A stretch of 54,749 nt of DNA from an uncultured Bacilli bacterium (GTDB lineage Bacteria; Bacillota_I; Bacilli_A; ML615J-28; CAG-313): positions 1 through 54,749 of the forward strand of contig CAKPBI010000012.1 in assembly GCA_934140285.1 (NCBI GenBank). Direction: 5' to 3'. Each line of letters opens with the position of its first letter. Position 1 is the stretch's first letter. The notes under the pieces were generated by a model. It did not search any database and was not told the origin of the DNA. It saw only the letters and a list, made by a program, of their open reading frames with translations. Shown here in pieces: positions 22,572 to 32,417 of this stretch. The position numbers and the translations under genes are program-made.

Positions 22572-23155
22572 TTCGTTTCCTCCTTCTTTTTGTCACTTAG
22601 ATATTTAATAAGATAGATGAAAATACCAATTAAGGCACTAATTAAAATAAAATAGATTGTTGAAAATGATACTTTAAATAAGTTAAAGACAATCACTAAA
22701 ACCATTGTTATAAAAAGGAGAATAAAATTAAAGATATTCTTTTTCATATTTTTAAATAGTTTGATTCCCGCAAGAAAGATCAAGAAAGTAACACAAACTT
22801 GAATTCCTTTAAATGCATATGCGACATACTTTAAGGCTACAAACTTCTCAAAAAATAAAGATATTAAAAAGATGATAATGAAAGAGGGAAGGCAAACACC
22901 AATCGTCGCAAGAAGTGAGCCCATAAATCCTGCAATCTTATATCCCACATAAGTTGAAGCATTTACGGCAATTGGGCCTGGAGTTGATTCGGCTATCGCA
23001 ATCATATCAACAAATTCATCTTTTTCAATCCATTTTTTCTTTTCGACTAACTCACTTTCTAAGAGGGCTATCATTCCATAACCACCACCAAATGTAAAGA
23101 AGCCTATTTTTAACATTGTAAAAAATAAGTTTAAAATCAGTTTACCTTTTTTCAT
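22568..23155 (-). CDS. chrA: Chromate transporter (CHR) short-chain half, N-terminal partner
   Basis: LKIGFFTFGGGYGMIAL...AIAESTPGPIAVNASTYVG. Confidence 0.7.
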   Translation of the reverse strand: MKKGKLILNLFFTMLKIGFFTFGGGYGMIALLESELVEKKKWIEKDEFVDMIAIAESTPGPIAVNASTYVGYKIAGFMGSLLATIGVCLPSFIIIFLISLFFEKFVALKYVAYAFKGIQVCVTFLIFLAGIKLFKNMKKNIFNFILLFITMVLVIVFNLFKVSFSTIYFILISALIGIFIYLIKYLSDKKKEETK

Positions 23156-23438
23156 TTTAACTTTTCCCTTTGTTTTCTTTTAATATTATACCACTTGTAT
23201 TAAATTATGTAAATTAATATAACAATATGTTTAAAAAATTAATTATTTTGTGTTTTCTTGTAATTACAGTTTTATTTTTCTAAAAATAATTACTAATTTT
23301 TTAATTTTTATTATTTTTGTGACAATTATTTTACTTTATTTGTTTTTTTGAAAAAATTAGATATTTTGTCTTTTCATTTCAATTAAAGTTAAAAATCCCC
23401 TATGGTTAGAGGAATTTCTTTTTTTATCTCATAAAACA

Positions 23439-24869
23439 TTAAATTTGGGGATTTTCTTCTATTAAATTAGATTCTTCAATAGTTTCTTCTTTGACATTTT
23501 TATTATAGAAGAAAATTGAAGGGAACATTAAGATTACAAACAAAATCATGAAAACTCCAAAGTCAATTAAGCTATTTACTTTCTTTTGTAATATTAATTG
23601 GTATAATCCTGTTCCACAAAAAGTAAAAAAGATTGAACCAAGGATTGCGAAAAGAGGAACGATAAAGCGTTTAAATACATTTAAGTCCTTAAAGTTTTTC
23701 ATGATGTAAATATACATTGTGACATAAACTAGATAAATAATTGCACAAATTATTTCATCCATCGCCCCAAGATGACCAAATATCCAAATATTATGCATTG
23801 CTAAATACCAAATTACAAACATTAAGCATATACATAAATAACCATAAAGACAAGATCTAAAGGAAATATTTCGATTGCCGGAAATCTTAGCAAACTTTTC
23901 TGGTTTAATTCCATGTCCACGGCATGACATTGTAAACATGCCACGACAACATCCCATTGATACTCCATTAACAGTACCAAGGCATGATATCATAATGAAG
24001 AATGAAAATAGAATTACCCCAAATTTTCCCATAATTGTTTGGAATACCGCAATAGGAGCATTAGCATCTTCCGCGATAGTCCCCGCATTACCTAAGAAGG
24101 CACTTAAAGATATGTAATAAATTATATAAAATGCTAAGATAGCAATTGTACCACCAACCAAGGCTTTGGGTAGATTACGTTTTGAATCTTTTAATTCGGC
24201 ATTAATAGCTGTTGCACAAACCCAACCTTCATAAGCAAATGAGGTTTTCTTGATGGCATCACCAAAGTTAATATCATACCCAACTGCAGGATTTTTGAAA
24301 GCATTAATTATTCCATATTCACTACCCACAATTAAGGATGCAAACAAACCAACAATCGCAACAATTATTATTGGTAATAACTTAATAAAAGTTGCGGAAA
24401 CTTGGAATTTTGCAGAAATTGCTGGTGAAAAGTAATTCATTACAATAATGACAGTTACGATTAAGAAAGCAAAGATAAAGTTTTCAATGTCAGTTAGACC
24501 AATATCTAAACCCACCATTTTGAAAAAATATGATCCAGAAAACAAGGCAACTACTGATGCAATAATTGGATAATAGAAGTTAGTCATCAGCCATGCAAGA
24601 AAGTAGCCAGTCTTTTTATTTGTTGCTACCTCAACATAGTCGATAACACCATTATATTTAGTTACTCTAGTTGCAAAAACCGCGAAGCAAAATCCTGATG
24701 TAATCATGATTACGCCACCGATAAACCAAGCTAAAATTGATAATTTAAGATCTCCCCCACATAATTTTAATACGCCTCCTGCTTTTAGAAAGACACCAGA
24801 GCCTATTACGATACCTACAACCATTGCGATACCCGTCCACAAACCATATCGTTTCTTAATATTATTCAT
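23439..24869 (-). CDS. APC-family amino-acid permease
   Basis: 12-TM permease whose N-terminus MNNIKKRYGLWTGIAMVVGIVIGSGVF is the APC signature. Start at MNNIKK, with an AAGAGG RBS. Confidence 0.7.
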   Translation of the reverse strand: MNNIKKRYGLWTGIAMVVGIVIGSGVFLKAGGVLKLCGGDLKLSILAWFIGGVIMITSGFCFAVFATRVTKYNGVIDYVEVATNKKTGYFLAWLMTNFYYPIIASVVALFSGSYFFKMVGLDIGLTDIENFIFAFLIVTVIIVMNYFSPAISAKFQVSATFIKLLPIIIVAIVGLFASLIVGSEYGIINAFKNPAVGYDINFGDAIKKTSFAYEGWVCATAINAELKDSKRNLPKALVGGTIAILAFYIIYYISLSAFLGNAGTIAEDANAPIAVFQTIMGKFGVILFSFFIMISCLGTVNGVSMGCCRGMFTMSCRGHGIKPEKFAKISGNRNISFRSCLYGYLCICLMFVIWYLAMHNIWIFGHLGAMDEIICAIIYLVYVTMYIYIMKNFKDLNVFKRFIVPLFAILGSIFFTFCGTGLYQLILQKKVNSLIDFGVFMILFVILMFPSIFFYNKNVKEETIEESNLIEENPQI

Positions 24870-24978
24870 AAATACCTCTTTCTTTTTGAAATATTTTATC
24901 ACAATATGTAATTTTTAGCAACTATCAAACTACTATATTTACATAAAAAAAAGGAACAGTTCAAAAGAACTGCTCTTC

Positions 24979-25558
24979 TTACATATCAATAATATTAGTT
25001 TCGTCAATAATTCTCTTTTTAGCTTCACGTACTTTATGACTGAATACACAAATTTCAACGATATCACATACACCATCAATAATTAATGAACATCCAGCAA
25101 AAATCATGATTGTATCAAAATCACCAAACATTACAATTGTACCTAAACAAATTGTTACAAGTGATAATAATAATAAGATAAACCAACCACTAATACGTGC
25201 TCTTGCACAGTAAACACTATCAACAACTGATGTAGCACCATCAACGATAATGTAAATACCAAATACAATTGTAAGAATTCCACGTACAATTTCAGGATAT
25301 ACTAAACAGAAAATACCTGATAAGAATAATGAAATACCAAGAATTAGTAAATGTCCAGCAAATAAACCACCATAAGCAATAAAGCATATTATTGTTACAA
25401 TACCACCGACAATTAATAATACACCAGCAACTGTACATAATACTTGATATGAGCTTTCTGGTAATACAACAAATAAAATACCAACAACTATTGCAAGAAT
25501 TCCCGCAATAATACTTTCTACTTTAAATTTTTGAAAAAACTTTTTTAATTGATTCATA
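24979..25558 (-). CDS. HdeD/DUF308-family membrane protein
   Basis: About 190-aa ORF with 6 TM helices. AAAGGAGAAC RBS before the ATG at MNQLKKFF. Confidence 0.45.
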
Positions 25559-25676
25559 ATGTTCTCCTTTTCTAATTTTAAATACACTAGTAGTATACCC
25601 CAATCTTGAAAAAAAACAAATAACAATTAAATATAGAATGTACAAATATTGACATTTTATGGTAAAATGACTAAAT

Positions 25677-26315
25677 TTATTTGATATTTTTTAGTCCTTC
25701 GATATCACCAGTTTGAATATATTTTATTCTTTTTAAGATTTCCTCATTTGGAAGATCCCACCATTTTTGTTTTAATAGTTCTTCAATCACTTCATCAGAG
25801 AATCTTTTACGAATAATTTTAGCAGGAACCCCACCAACTATTGTATAGGGAGGGACATCTTTAGTTACCACAGCACGAGTCGCAATGATGGCACCATCGC
25901 CAATGGTAACACCTGCCATAATAATAGCATCATAGCCAATCCAAACATCATTGCCTATTTTGATGTCTCCTTTATTATCCCATGATTTATCCGCCCATAT
26001 TCCATGACTCCATTCTTCATAGAAGATTGGAAATGGATATGTCGATAAAGATTTTAAGGTGTGATTAGCTCCATTAAATAAGAATTTTGCACCACAAGCA
26101 ATGGAACAAAACTTCCCAATTATTAGTTTATCATGATTGATTGGATAATGATATAAAACATTATTCTTTTCAAAATCTCTTGGATCATTAACAAAATCAT
26201 GATAAAATGTAAAATCACCAATTATAATACTTGGATCTTTCACAACATTTTTTAAATAAACAATTTGTTTATCCTCACTTCGAGGATATATTTTTTTACT
26301 ATCCGGAATAGTCAT
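25677..26315 (-). CDS. vat: Vat-family streptogramin-A (xenobiotic) O-acetyltransferase, a hexapeptide-repeat protein
   Basis: 212 aa. [43 protein letters not shown] aligns with Vat(A) [42 protein letters not shown]. Also ...[26 protein letters not shown]. Confidence 0.75.
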   Translation of the reverse strand: MTIPDSKKIYPRSEDKQIVYLKNVVKDPSIIIGDFTFYHDFVNDPRDFEKNNVLYHYPINHDKLIIGKFCSIACGAKFLFNGANHTLKSLSTYPFPIFYEEWSHGIWADKSWDNKGDIKIGNDVWIGYDAIIMAGVTIGDGAIIATRAVVTKDVPPYTIVGGVPAKIIRKRFSDEVIEELLKQKWWDLPNEEILKRIKYIQTGDIEGLKNIK

Positions 26316-26408
26316 AATTATAATCTCCTTTTATTTTATATTTAGTTTATATTATTGTACTATTCCGGCTATTACAATGCATAACTTCATCTTCATTCCT
26401 TCTTTTTA

Positions 26409-27209
26409 CTATTTTAATATTTTTCTTATAATCCAAAATTGGAATTTCTTAGGCATTTTACTAAGTAGTCTTAAATATTTGTTAGCATTAATTTTATAAG
26501 CAAACTTTAGTTTTTTAGTTTCTATCATCTTTATTACTTTAGTCGCAATCTTTTCGGGCGGTATACACTTAGTTTCTACCTTATTAACAATGTTACGGAA
26601 ATTTTTAGCATTACAATTGTACAATTTAGTTTTCTCACAAAATTTATCTAAACTACTTGTTGATTCTCCTAGCATAGCAGTTTGTACTGCTCCTGCTCTA
26701 AGGACTGCTACTTCTATGCCTAGTAGCTGAAGTTCCATTCTTAATGAATAACAATATTTGTCAAGAGTTGACTTTGTTATAGCATAGATTCCTGTAAATG
26801 GTAAAGGGTTAAGGGGAGCTAGTTCACTAGTAATGGTAATGATTCTACTTCCTTTATTTAAAAGTGGTAAAAAAGTTTTATTAATTAAATATACACCAAA
26901 GAAATTTACTTTAAAGATTTTATCTAGATTAGGATATTCTATTTCCACAAGGGAATCCATCACATACATTCCTGCGAAATGAATAATGCTATAGATTTCT
27001 TGAGTAATACTAAATGTCATCTCAAAAGCTTGTTGTACACTTTCTTCACTTGTTACATCACATATTATTTGGTTAACATTTGGGAGATTTAAGTCATCAC
27101 TCTTATTAATATCTAAAGCAATTACTCCATATCCTTTATTTAAAAGTTCCTTAATGGTACTTTTTCCCATCCCTCCACATGAACCAGTTACTACTATATA
27201 TTTCATCAT
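26409..27209 (-). CDS. Short-chain dehydrogenase/reductase (SDR)
   Basis: Glycine-rich nucleotide-binding loop VVTGSCGGMGKS and SDR length and architecture. Confidence 0.7.
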   Translation of the reverse strand: MMKYIVVTGSCGGMGKSTIKELLNKGYGVIALDINKSDDLNLPNVNQIICDVTSEESVQQAFEMTFSITQEIYSIIHFAGMYVMDSLVEIEYPNLDKIFKVNFFGVYLINKTFLPLLNKGSRIITITSELAPLNPLPFTGIYAITKSTLDKYCYSLRMELQLLGIEVAVLRAGAVQTAMLGESTSSLDKFCEKTKLYNCNAKNFRNIVNKVETKCIPPEKIATKVIKMIETKKLKFAYKINANKYLRLLSKMPKKFQFWIIRKILK

Positions 27210-27234
27210 AATACCTCGAATTTTGTTTTGTCTG

Positions 27235-28533
27235 TTACAAATTATAAGAATTTTTGTTATATTTTTTAAAGATTAGTTCTTCTACTATGGATACTATTAA
27301 ATGGAAAACCATTCCGAATCCAAACATAAGGATTATTACATTCATCGTAAAGGTAATTACACTAGTTTTATATAAAATATAGAATATCCCATAATAGATA
27401 AAATTAACTATTAAAGAATTAATCATATTGTACTTAGTCTTACCAAGACCAATGAAGATACTATCAATAATTATTGAAAAACCATAAGCTATATAGAATG
27501 GTGCAAGTTTTACTGTAATCACAAATATTTCTTTCGCATTCTCTAATTTTTCCATGTTTTTATAAAATGAAAGCCACAAAGGAATTGTACATGCTTCTAA
27601 AAGAATAATTAAAGTTGTTAACAAATAATAATTTGATTTTTCTAAATTAGCATATCCAACTTTAGAGTCTCGTTTAATTATCTCTGCCATTGCTTGGATA
27701 GGAATCAAGAGATAGCCCCAGATAAAGTTGTTTGCGACCCAGTAGTTTCCTTGTTCTGCTACCATATTCACCATTTTACATATCATAACAGCATAAATTA
27801 GATTATCAATGAATTGTTGCATACCAGAAAATACTCCAATTTTTAACCAAGTCTTAAATAGCGTTAAATCATCTTTTTTAAAGAGGCATAAGCTTATGGC
27901 TTTTTCTTTTACTAGAATTAAGCTACTAACAATTCCTAAAATGGTATTAACAATAATGTTAGATATTGCGACTCCATATACCCCAAGATGAGGAATAAGG
28001 ATAAAATCAAAAATAATGGAAAGAAATGTTTTTACACCTAAAAGAATATAAAAATTCTTAGCTTTACCGATAATCACAAATACAACATTAATAAAAGTAA
28101 TAATTACTCCGACAATAAAAGCTATTGTTTCTAAAATCAAATAGTTATATGTTACAGATAAGTCGATATCATTTTCATTCATTCCCCAAATTAAACTTTT
28201 ACCACAAGCAATTACAATGAGTGAAAATATTGAATAACTTATAAAGGTTATTAAGCCAGTTTTAAAGACATTTTGGGAAAAATTATTTTCATCATATTCT
28301 TTAATTTTATTAAGAATTGAGTATAACGGAATAATTAAGAAAGCAATGAGCGTTTCATTAATTAAGTCATACCATTCCATTTGACCTAAAATATTAAATA
28401 CATTGTTATCGTTGCTAGTTGATATAATAAAAGTTTTAATTGTTTGATATATTGCGGGGAGTAAACTTAAGGCACATAATGAAATAAATAATGGCCAATT
28501 AAATTTTCTCAATTTTCTCAATTCTTGAATCAT
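27235..28533 (-). CDS. MATE/MOP-superfamily transporter (efflux pump or flippase-like)
   Basis: 432 aa with 12 TM helices and MATE-like segments (GVYGVAISNIIVNTILGI). Confidence 0.5.
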   Translation of the reverse strand: MIQELRKLRKFNWPLFISLCALSLLPAIYQTIKTFIISTSNDNNVFNILGQMEWYDLINETLIAFLIIPLYSILNKIKEYDENNFSQNVFKTGLITFISYSIFSLIVIACGKSLIWGMNENDIDLSVTYNYLILETIAFIVGVIITFINVVFVIIGKAKNFYILLGVKTFLSIIFDFILIPHLGVYGVAISNIIVNTILGIVSSLILVKEKAISLCLFKKDDLTLFKTWLKIGVFSGMQQFIDNLIYAVMICKMVNMVAEQGNYWVANNFIWGYLLIPIQAMAEIIKRDSKVGYANLEKSNYYLLTTLIILLEACTIPLWLSFYKNMEKLENAKEIFVITVKLAPFYIAYGFSIIIDSIFIGLGKTKYNMINSLIVNFIYYGIFYILYKTSVITFTMNVIILMFGFGMVFHLIVSIVEELIFKKYNKNSYNL

Positions 28534-28543
28534 AATTATCTAT

Positions 28544-29470
28544 TCACTTCTTTTGTTTCTCTTTAGATCTTTTGTCATTAATGATCTTCATTTCTTTTGA
28601 AGTTATCAAAGTACAGTTGTTTTCTTTCGCCCAGTTTACACAACCTTTTAAAACAAGTTTTAAGAATGGACGAGGAACCTTTACTAACATTTCTAAAGCA
28701 TCATCAGAGAATTTAACCACATCATCAGCTCTGTTGGCAGCGTATTTTACCGAAGTAATGTCAACTACACGAGTTGGAACGACCTCAGGACTTGGTGTAC
28801 GATAATTTGAACACCAGAAATACATGGAATCGCGGTAACCCCAGTTAGTTGGAAGAGGACAGAAATTACGTTTGTTGACGCCATTAATTAAAGCATCATA
28901 GTATTTATCTTTAATTAAGATTTTGTCAATTTTTAAAATGAAGTGAGCGCCATATTTTGATGTGATACCATTAAAGTTATTATATGGTTCTTCATATTCT
29001 TCTTGTACTTTGACATTTTCACAGTTTTCTAGTTCTCTTACCCATGTACATTCAAATACTTGAAGAGCCTCAGATATTACCTTTGGATACTTTTCTTCAG
29101 GGTTTTCCTCTGCACGAAGGCCATCTTCAACATGGAATTTAAAGTCTTTCATTTTTTCTTCAGGTGTATCACCAGGATAACCTAGTCTTACATGTTCTTT
29201 AAAGACTTTTTTAGAATATTGTAAGAAGTTAATTGTACATTTACCATGTCTGATTAATCCTCTTGCCGTATTCGAGTTGTTACGACATTCAAGGATCATC
29301 GCATAGTATCCTTTACCTGCTATATAATAAGGAAAGCAAAGGGAATATGCACCAAAGCTGGTAGTTTCTCCTTTCTCATCTAAAGTACCAACTAAACAAA
29401 GGGGCATTGGAAAGAAAGATGATGTCTGATAAAAGTTATCTACTATTCTTATATTTTTAAATGAACTCAT
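28544..29470 (-). CDS. Flavin-reductase-like domain protein with an uncharacterised C-terminal domain
   Basis: N-terminal PMPLCLVGTLDEKGE resembles the FMN-binding flavin reductase fold. The C-terminus LEMLVKVPRPFLKLVLKGCVNWAKENNCT is unassigned. Confidence 0.3.
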   Translation of the reverse strand: MSSFKNIRIVDNFYQTSSFFPMPLCLVGTLDEKGETTSFGAYSLCFPYYIAGKGYYAMILECRNNSNTARGLIRHGKCTINFLQYSKKVFKEHVRLGYPGDTPEEKMKDFKFHVEDGLRAEENPEEKYPKVISEALQVFECTWVRELENCENVKVQEEYEEPYNNFNGITSKYGAHFILKIDKILIKDKYYDALINGVNKRNFCPLPTNWGYRDSMYFWCSNYRTPSPEVVPTRVVDITSVKYAANRADDVVKFSDDALEMLVKVPRPFLKLVLKGCVNWAKENNCTLITSKEMKIINDKRSKEKQKK

Positions 29471-29590
29471 TTTTTGTTCCTCCTATATATTATTAATATA
29501 CCACAATTTTAAAAATATATCAAATATTGTATCTAAATTACCATTTTAAAAATAAAAAGGCTTTGTTTAAAACAAAACCTTATTAAACGT

Positions 29591-31933
29591 TTATTCAACT
29601 AATGTAAACTCACAGTTACCACTTGTAATGTCCCCCGTAAGTTTTAGAACATCATTCACATTTACATCATCAAAGAATTTATGTGATGGATATGATGAAC
29701 TAATCATAATAAAATAATCACAAGTATCAAATGTTTCTGTAACATTTATATCCTTCTTACCAGTTACACGGTAGTTATCACCATCTTTTGTAATTCTAAT
29801 GATGTAATAATACGTAAATTTACCTGTTTTATCCATTTCATCATATGAATATAATAAAACATTATTAGGATAGATTGATTCATTCCAAACACCTTCATTG
29901 TATGCACCAATTTTTACATAACCTTTTGGTTCTGGTACAGGGTGTTCAACATCAACAGTTCCGGTAAATTCAATTGAGTTATAATCACAAAGTGATTTTT
30001 CAAATATTTGTGATAAAAGAGTAGTTCCTTTATATTTATAATGAAGATAGTCATTTAAATATAGTTTATAGTTATCTTCCATTACATATTCATCTAGTGG
30101 AATTACTCCAAGATTATGCTTTTCCGCAAATGCTCTGATTGCTTCATTGTAACTTAATCTTCCTGCTTCTGTATATTTCATTCCTGTATATTCAGAATAT
30201 CCAAGAGTACATACATAGATTTGAGGAGTACATAAGTTGTAGATTTTTGTAAGAATAGTTTCATATGCGGCGATGAATTCGGCTGCACTAAAGCCTGAAC
30301 ATACATCATTAGTTCCAAGATATAGGATAACTATATCAGGATTTCCATTTTCAACTAATGTGTTAATTCTCGCATCACTACATCCAGCGTTTTGGCCACT
30401 ACCTACTGCAGTTGATCCACTCCATGAGTTATTAATACCTAGAACCATCTTAGTTTTATTGATTAGTTGGCCCCACCAAGTTTTTTCCACACTCTTAACA
30501 TCTGCACAGTATGTTGGGTAGTAGTATCTACCTTCTTGTGAGTAATAACTATTCATTGATGAACCTGGAGCGTAGAAAGTTGAAATACTATCACCTAGAA
30601 TTGAGATTTTCTTGCCTTCAAGTTCTGTGTATTTGAATTTCTTAATTGTTAATGTATAAACTGCCGTGTATGTTACATCCTCAGTTACTTCAACAATATC
30701 TTTATCCCAACCACTAAATACATAACTACGTTTTTCATCATCTGGTCTTGTTGGATCACTAGGTACAGTTGGTATTGTACCATAATCGACAGTTTCTTCG
30801 GCCAAAACAGTTCCATTGTAATCTACAAATTTGTAGGTGTATTGTCGCTTTACTTCTGTGTATTCAGCTGTGTATGTTACATCTTCAGTTACTGCTACTA
30901 CTTCTTTATCCCAACCTTTAAAAGTATAAGAATATTCAGGAGTAGATGTTCTTGTTGGATCACTAGGAACAGTTGGTATTGTACCATATTCAACAGTTTC
31001 TTCTTTTAACACTGTATTATCGTAGTTTACAAATTTGTAAGTATATTGTCTTTTTACTTCTGTAAATTGTGGAGTATAAGTTGCCTCACCAGTTACGGCT
31101 ACTACTTCCTTATCCCAACCACTAAATTCATAAGCATATTCAGCTGTAGATTGTTTAGTTGGAGTAGGAATAGTTGGCATTGTACCATACTCTTCTTGTA
31201 AAGCACTTAGTACAGTTCCATCGTAATTTAAGAATGTAATTGTGTACTTTCTTTTTGTTTCTTTGTATTGAGCAGTAAATGTAATGTCACAAGTTAGAGT
31301 TCCTATTTCTTTATCCCAACCGATGAATTCATAAGTAAATTCAGGAGTAGCAGGTCTTATTGGATCAGTTCCTGGAACAAAAATTTCTGAACTATATTCT
31401 CCAGTACCAGTTTTTATCACTGTTCCATCATAGTTTAAAAACTTGTACGTGTATTGACGGTTTGCATCTTTATATTGAGCTGTAAACGTAATGTCACAAG
31501 TTAGAGTTCCTACTTCTTTGTCCCAACCAATAAATTCATAACTAATTAGTTCTGTAGATGGTTTGGAAGGTTCTGTTTCAGGTTCAAGGATTTTTGAACC
31601 ATAATCAACAGTTTCTTCTTTAAGTAGACTTCCATCATAATTTAAAAACTTGTAAGTATATTGTCTTTTTACTTCTTTGTATTGAGCAGTAAATGTAATG
31701 TCACAAGTTAGAGTTCCTACTTCTTTGTCCCAACCAATAAATTCATAATTGAATTCAATTGTACTTTCTTTAGTTGGATCTGAAGGCGCCTTAATTTCGC
31801 TTCCTTTTTTTCCTTGTCCTTCTAATAAAACAGTTCCATCTTCGTTAACAAATTTATATGTATATTGTCTTGAACAGCCAACTAACATAAATACAAGTGT
31901 TAACATTAAAATAAATGCAAAAGATTTCTTCAT
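29591..31933 (-). CDS. Surface lipoprotein with six tandem Listeria-Bacteroides repeats followed by an SGNH/GDSL hydrolase domain
   Basis: Lipobox MLTLVFMLVGCS. Six ~68-aa repeats of the form QYTYKF.NYDGT...YEFIGWDKEVGTLTCDITFTAQYKE. GDSIS, GTND and D..H SGNH blocks (ILGDSISTFYAPG...LYLGTNDV). Confidence 0.65.
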   Translation of the reverse strand: MKKSFAFILMLTLVFMLVGCSRQYTYKFVNEDGTVLLEGQGKKGSEIKAPSDPTKESTIEFNYEFIGWDKEVGTLTCDITFTAQYKEVKRQYTYKFLNYDGSLLKEETVDYGSKILEPETEPSKPSTELISYEFIGWDKEVGTLTCDITFTAQYKDANRQYTYKFLNYDGTVIKTGTGEYSSEIFVPGTDPIRPATPEFTYEFIGWDKEIGTLTCDITFTAQYKETKRKYTITFLNYDGTVLSALQEEYGTMPTIPTPTKQSTAEYAYEFSGWDKEVVAVTGEATYTPQFTEVKRQYTYKFVNYDNTVLKEETVEYGTIPTVPSDPTRTSTPEYSYTFKGWDKEVVAVTEDVTYTAEYTEVKRQYTYKFVDYNGTVLAEETVDYGTIPTVPSDPTRPDDEKRSYVFSGWDKDIVEVTEDVTYTAVYTLTIKKFKYTELEGKKISILGDSISTFYAPGSSMNSYYSQEGRYYYPTYCADVKSVEKTWWGQLINKTKMVLGINNSWSGSTAVGSGQNAGCSDARINTLVENGNPDIVILYLGTNDVCSGFSAAEFIAAYETILTKIYNLCTPQIYVCTLGYSEYTGMKYTEAGRLSYNEAIRAFAEKHNLGVIPLDEYVMEDNYKLYLNDYLHYKYKGTTLLSQIFEKSLCDYNSIEFTGTVDVEHPVPEPKGYVKIGAYNEGVWNESIYPNNVLLYSYDEMDKTGKFTYYYIIRITKDGDNYRVTGKKDINVTETFDTCDYFIMISSSYPSHKFFDDVNVNDVLKLTGDITSGNCEFTLVE
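30643..31867. repeat. Tandem ~204-bp coding repeats (6 copies), near-identical at the DNA level
   Basis: Recurring gtaaatgtaatgtcacaagttagagttcctacttctttgtcccaaccaataaattcata blocks, for example at ~31253, ~31474 and ~31684. Confidence 0.75.
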
Positions 31934-32110
31934 ATAATTGTCCTTTCTATTAAATTTAATAGGTAATAGTTAGATTTTACATTACCTCATCAATAGATTT
32001 TGCTAAGTAAGCCACCATTGATTTTTTGCATTTTTCCCCAATTATTTTCCCTTTGCAATATTTTATCATTTTTATTCATTTAAATCAATCAATACGAACT
32101 TTACATATTA

Positions 32111-32149
32111 TGGAAAAAAGGATTTTGATGGTCTTTACAAAATCCTCTC
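32111..32149 (-). terminator. Terminator of the SPFH–TIR operon (after the pseudogene fragment)
   Basis: Stem aggattttg/caaaatcct at 32119-32147. On the minus strand it is followed by TTTTTTCC. Confidence 0.5.
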
Positions 32150-32182
32150 CTTATTATGTATAGTATTAAGTATTAAACTTAT

Positions 32183-32390
32183 CAACTGTTTAAAGGTGTT
32201 GATTTACCTATATCAAGTGTTGAAATCATCTTCATTTCTTCAATTGCCAGTTCAAAGTCTTGTTTTAATCTTAAGACATTAGCTCTATTATGGTAATTTA
32301 AGACCTTTTCGTTATCGATTTAGGTTAGTACTGCTCGTTCTCCTTCTTCAACATTTAAGTTTCCCACACATTTTACATCTTATGTTTGCT
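32183..32390 (-). pseudogene. Decayed N-terminal fragment of a second zinc-ribbon/TIR-type gene, paralogous to the 5' end of 32418..34628
   Basis: About 85% DNA identity to 34480-34640. ATG is mutated to ATA, and there is an in-frame stop after CKMCGKLNVEEGERAVLT. The fragment translates as IDNEKVLNYHNRANVLRLKQDFE..., against IDNEKILNLHNRANALRLKQDFE in the full gene. Confidence 0.6.
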
Positions 32391-32417
32391 ATGTTATTCT
32401 ACTCTAAATTTTAATGT

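Noticed and set aside
24870-24978. T-box or other leader upstream of the amino-acid permease gene
   Set aside because: The gap is 109 nt and is filled by the HdeD terminator. There is no specifier-loop or T-box motif.
30643-31867. Possible CRISPR array, suggested by regular direct repeats
   Set aside because: The repeats are ~204 bp, contiguous and in frame within a lipoprotein CDS, so they are coding tandem repeats. No short repeat-spacer structure exists anywhere in the window.
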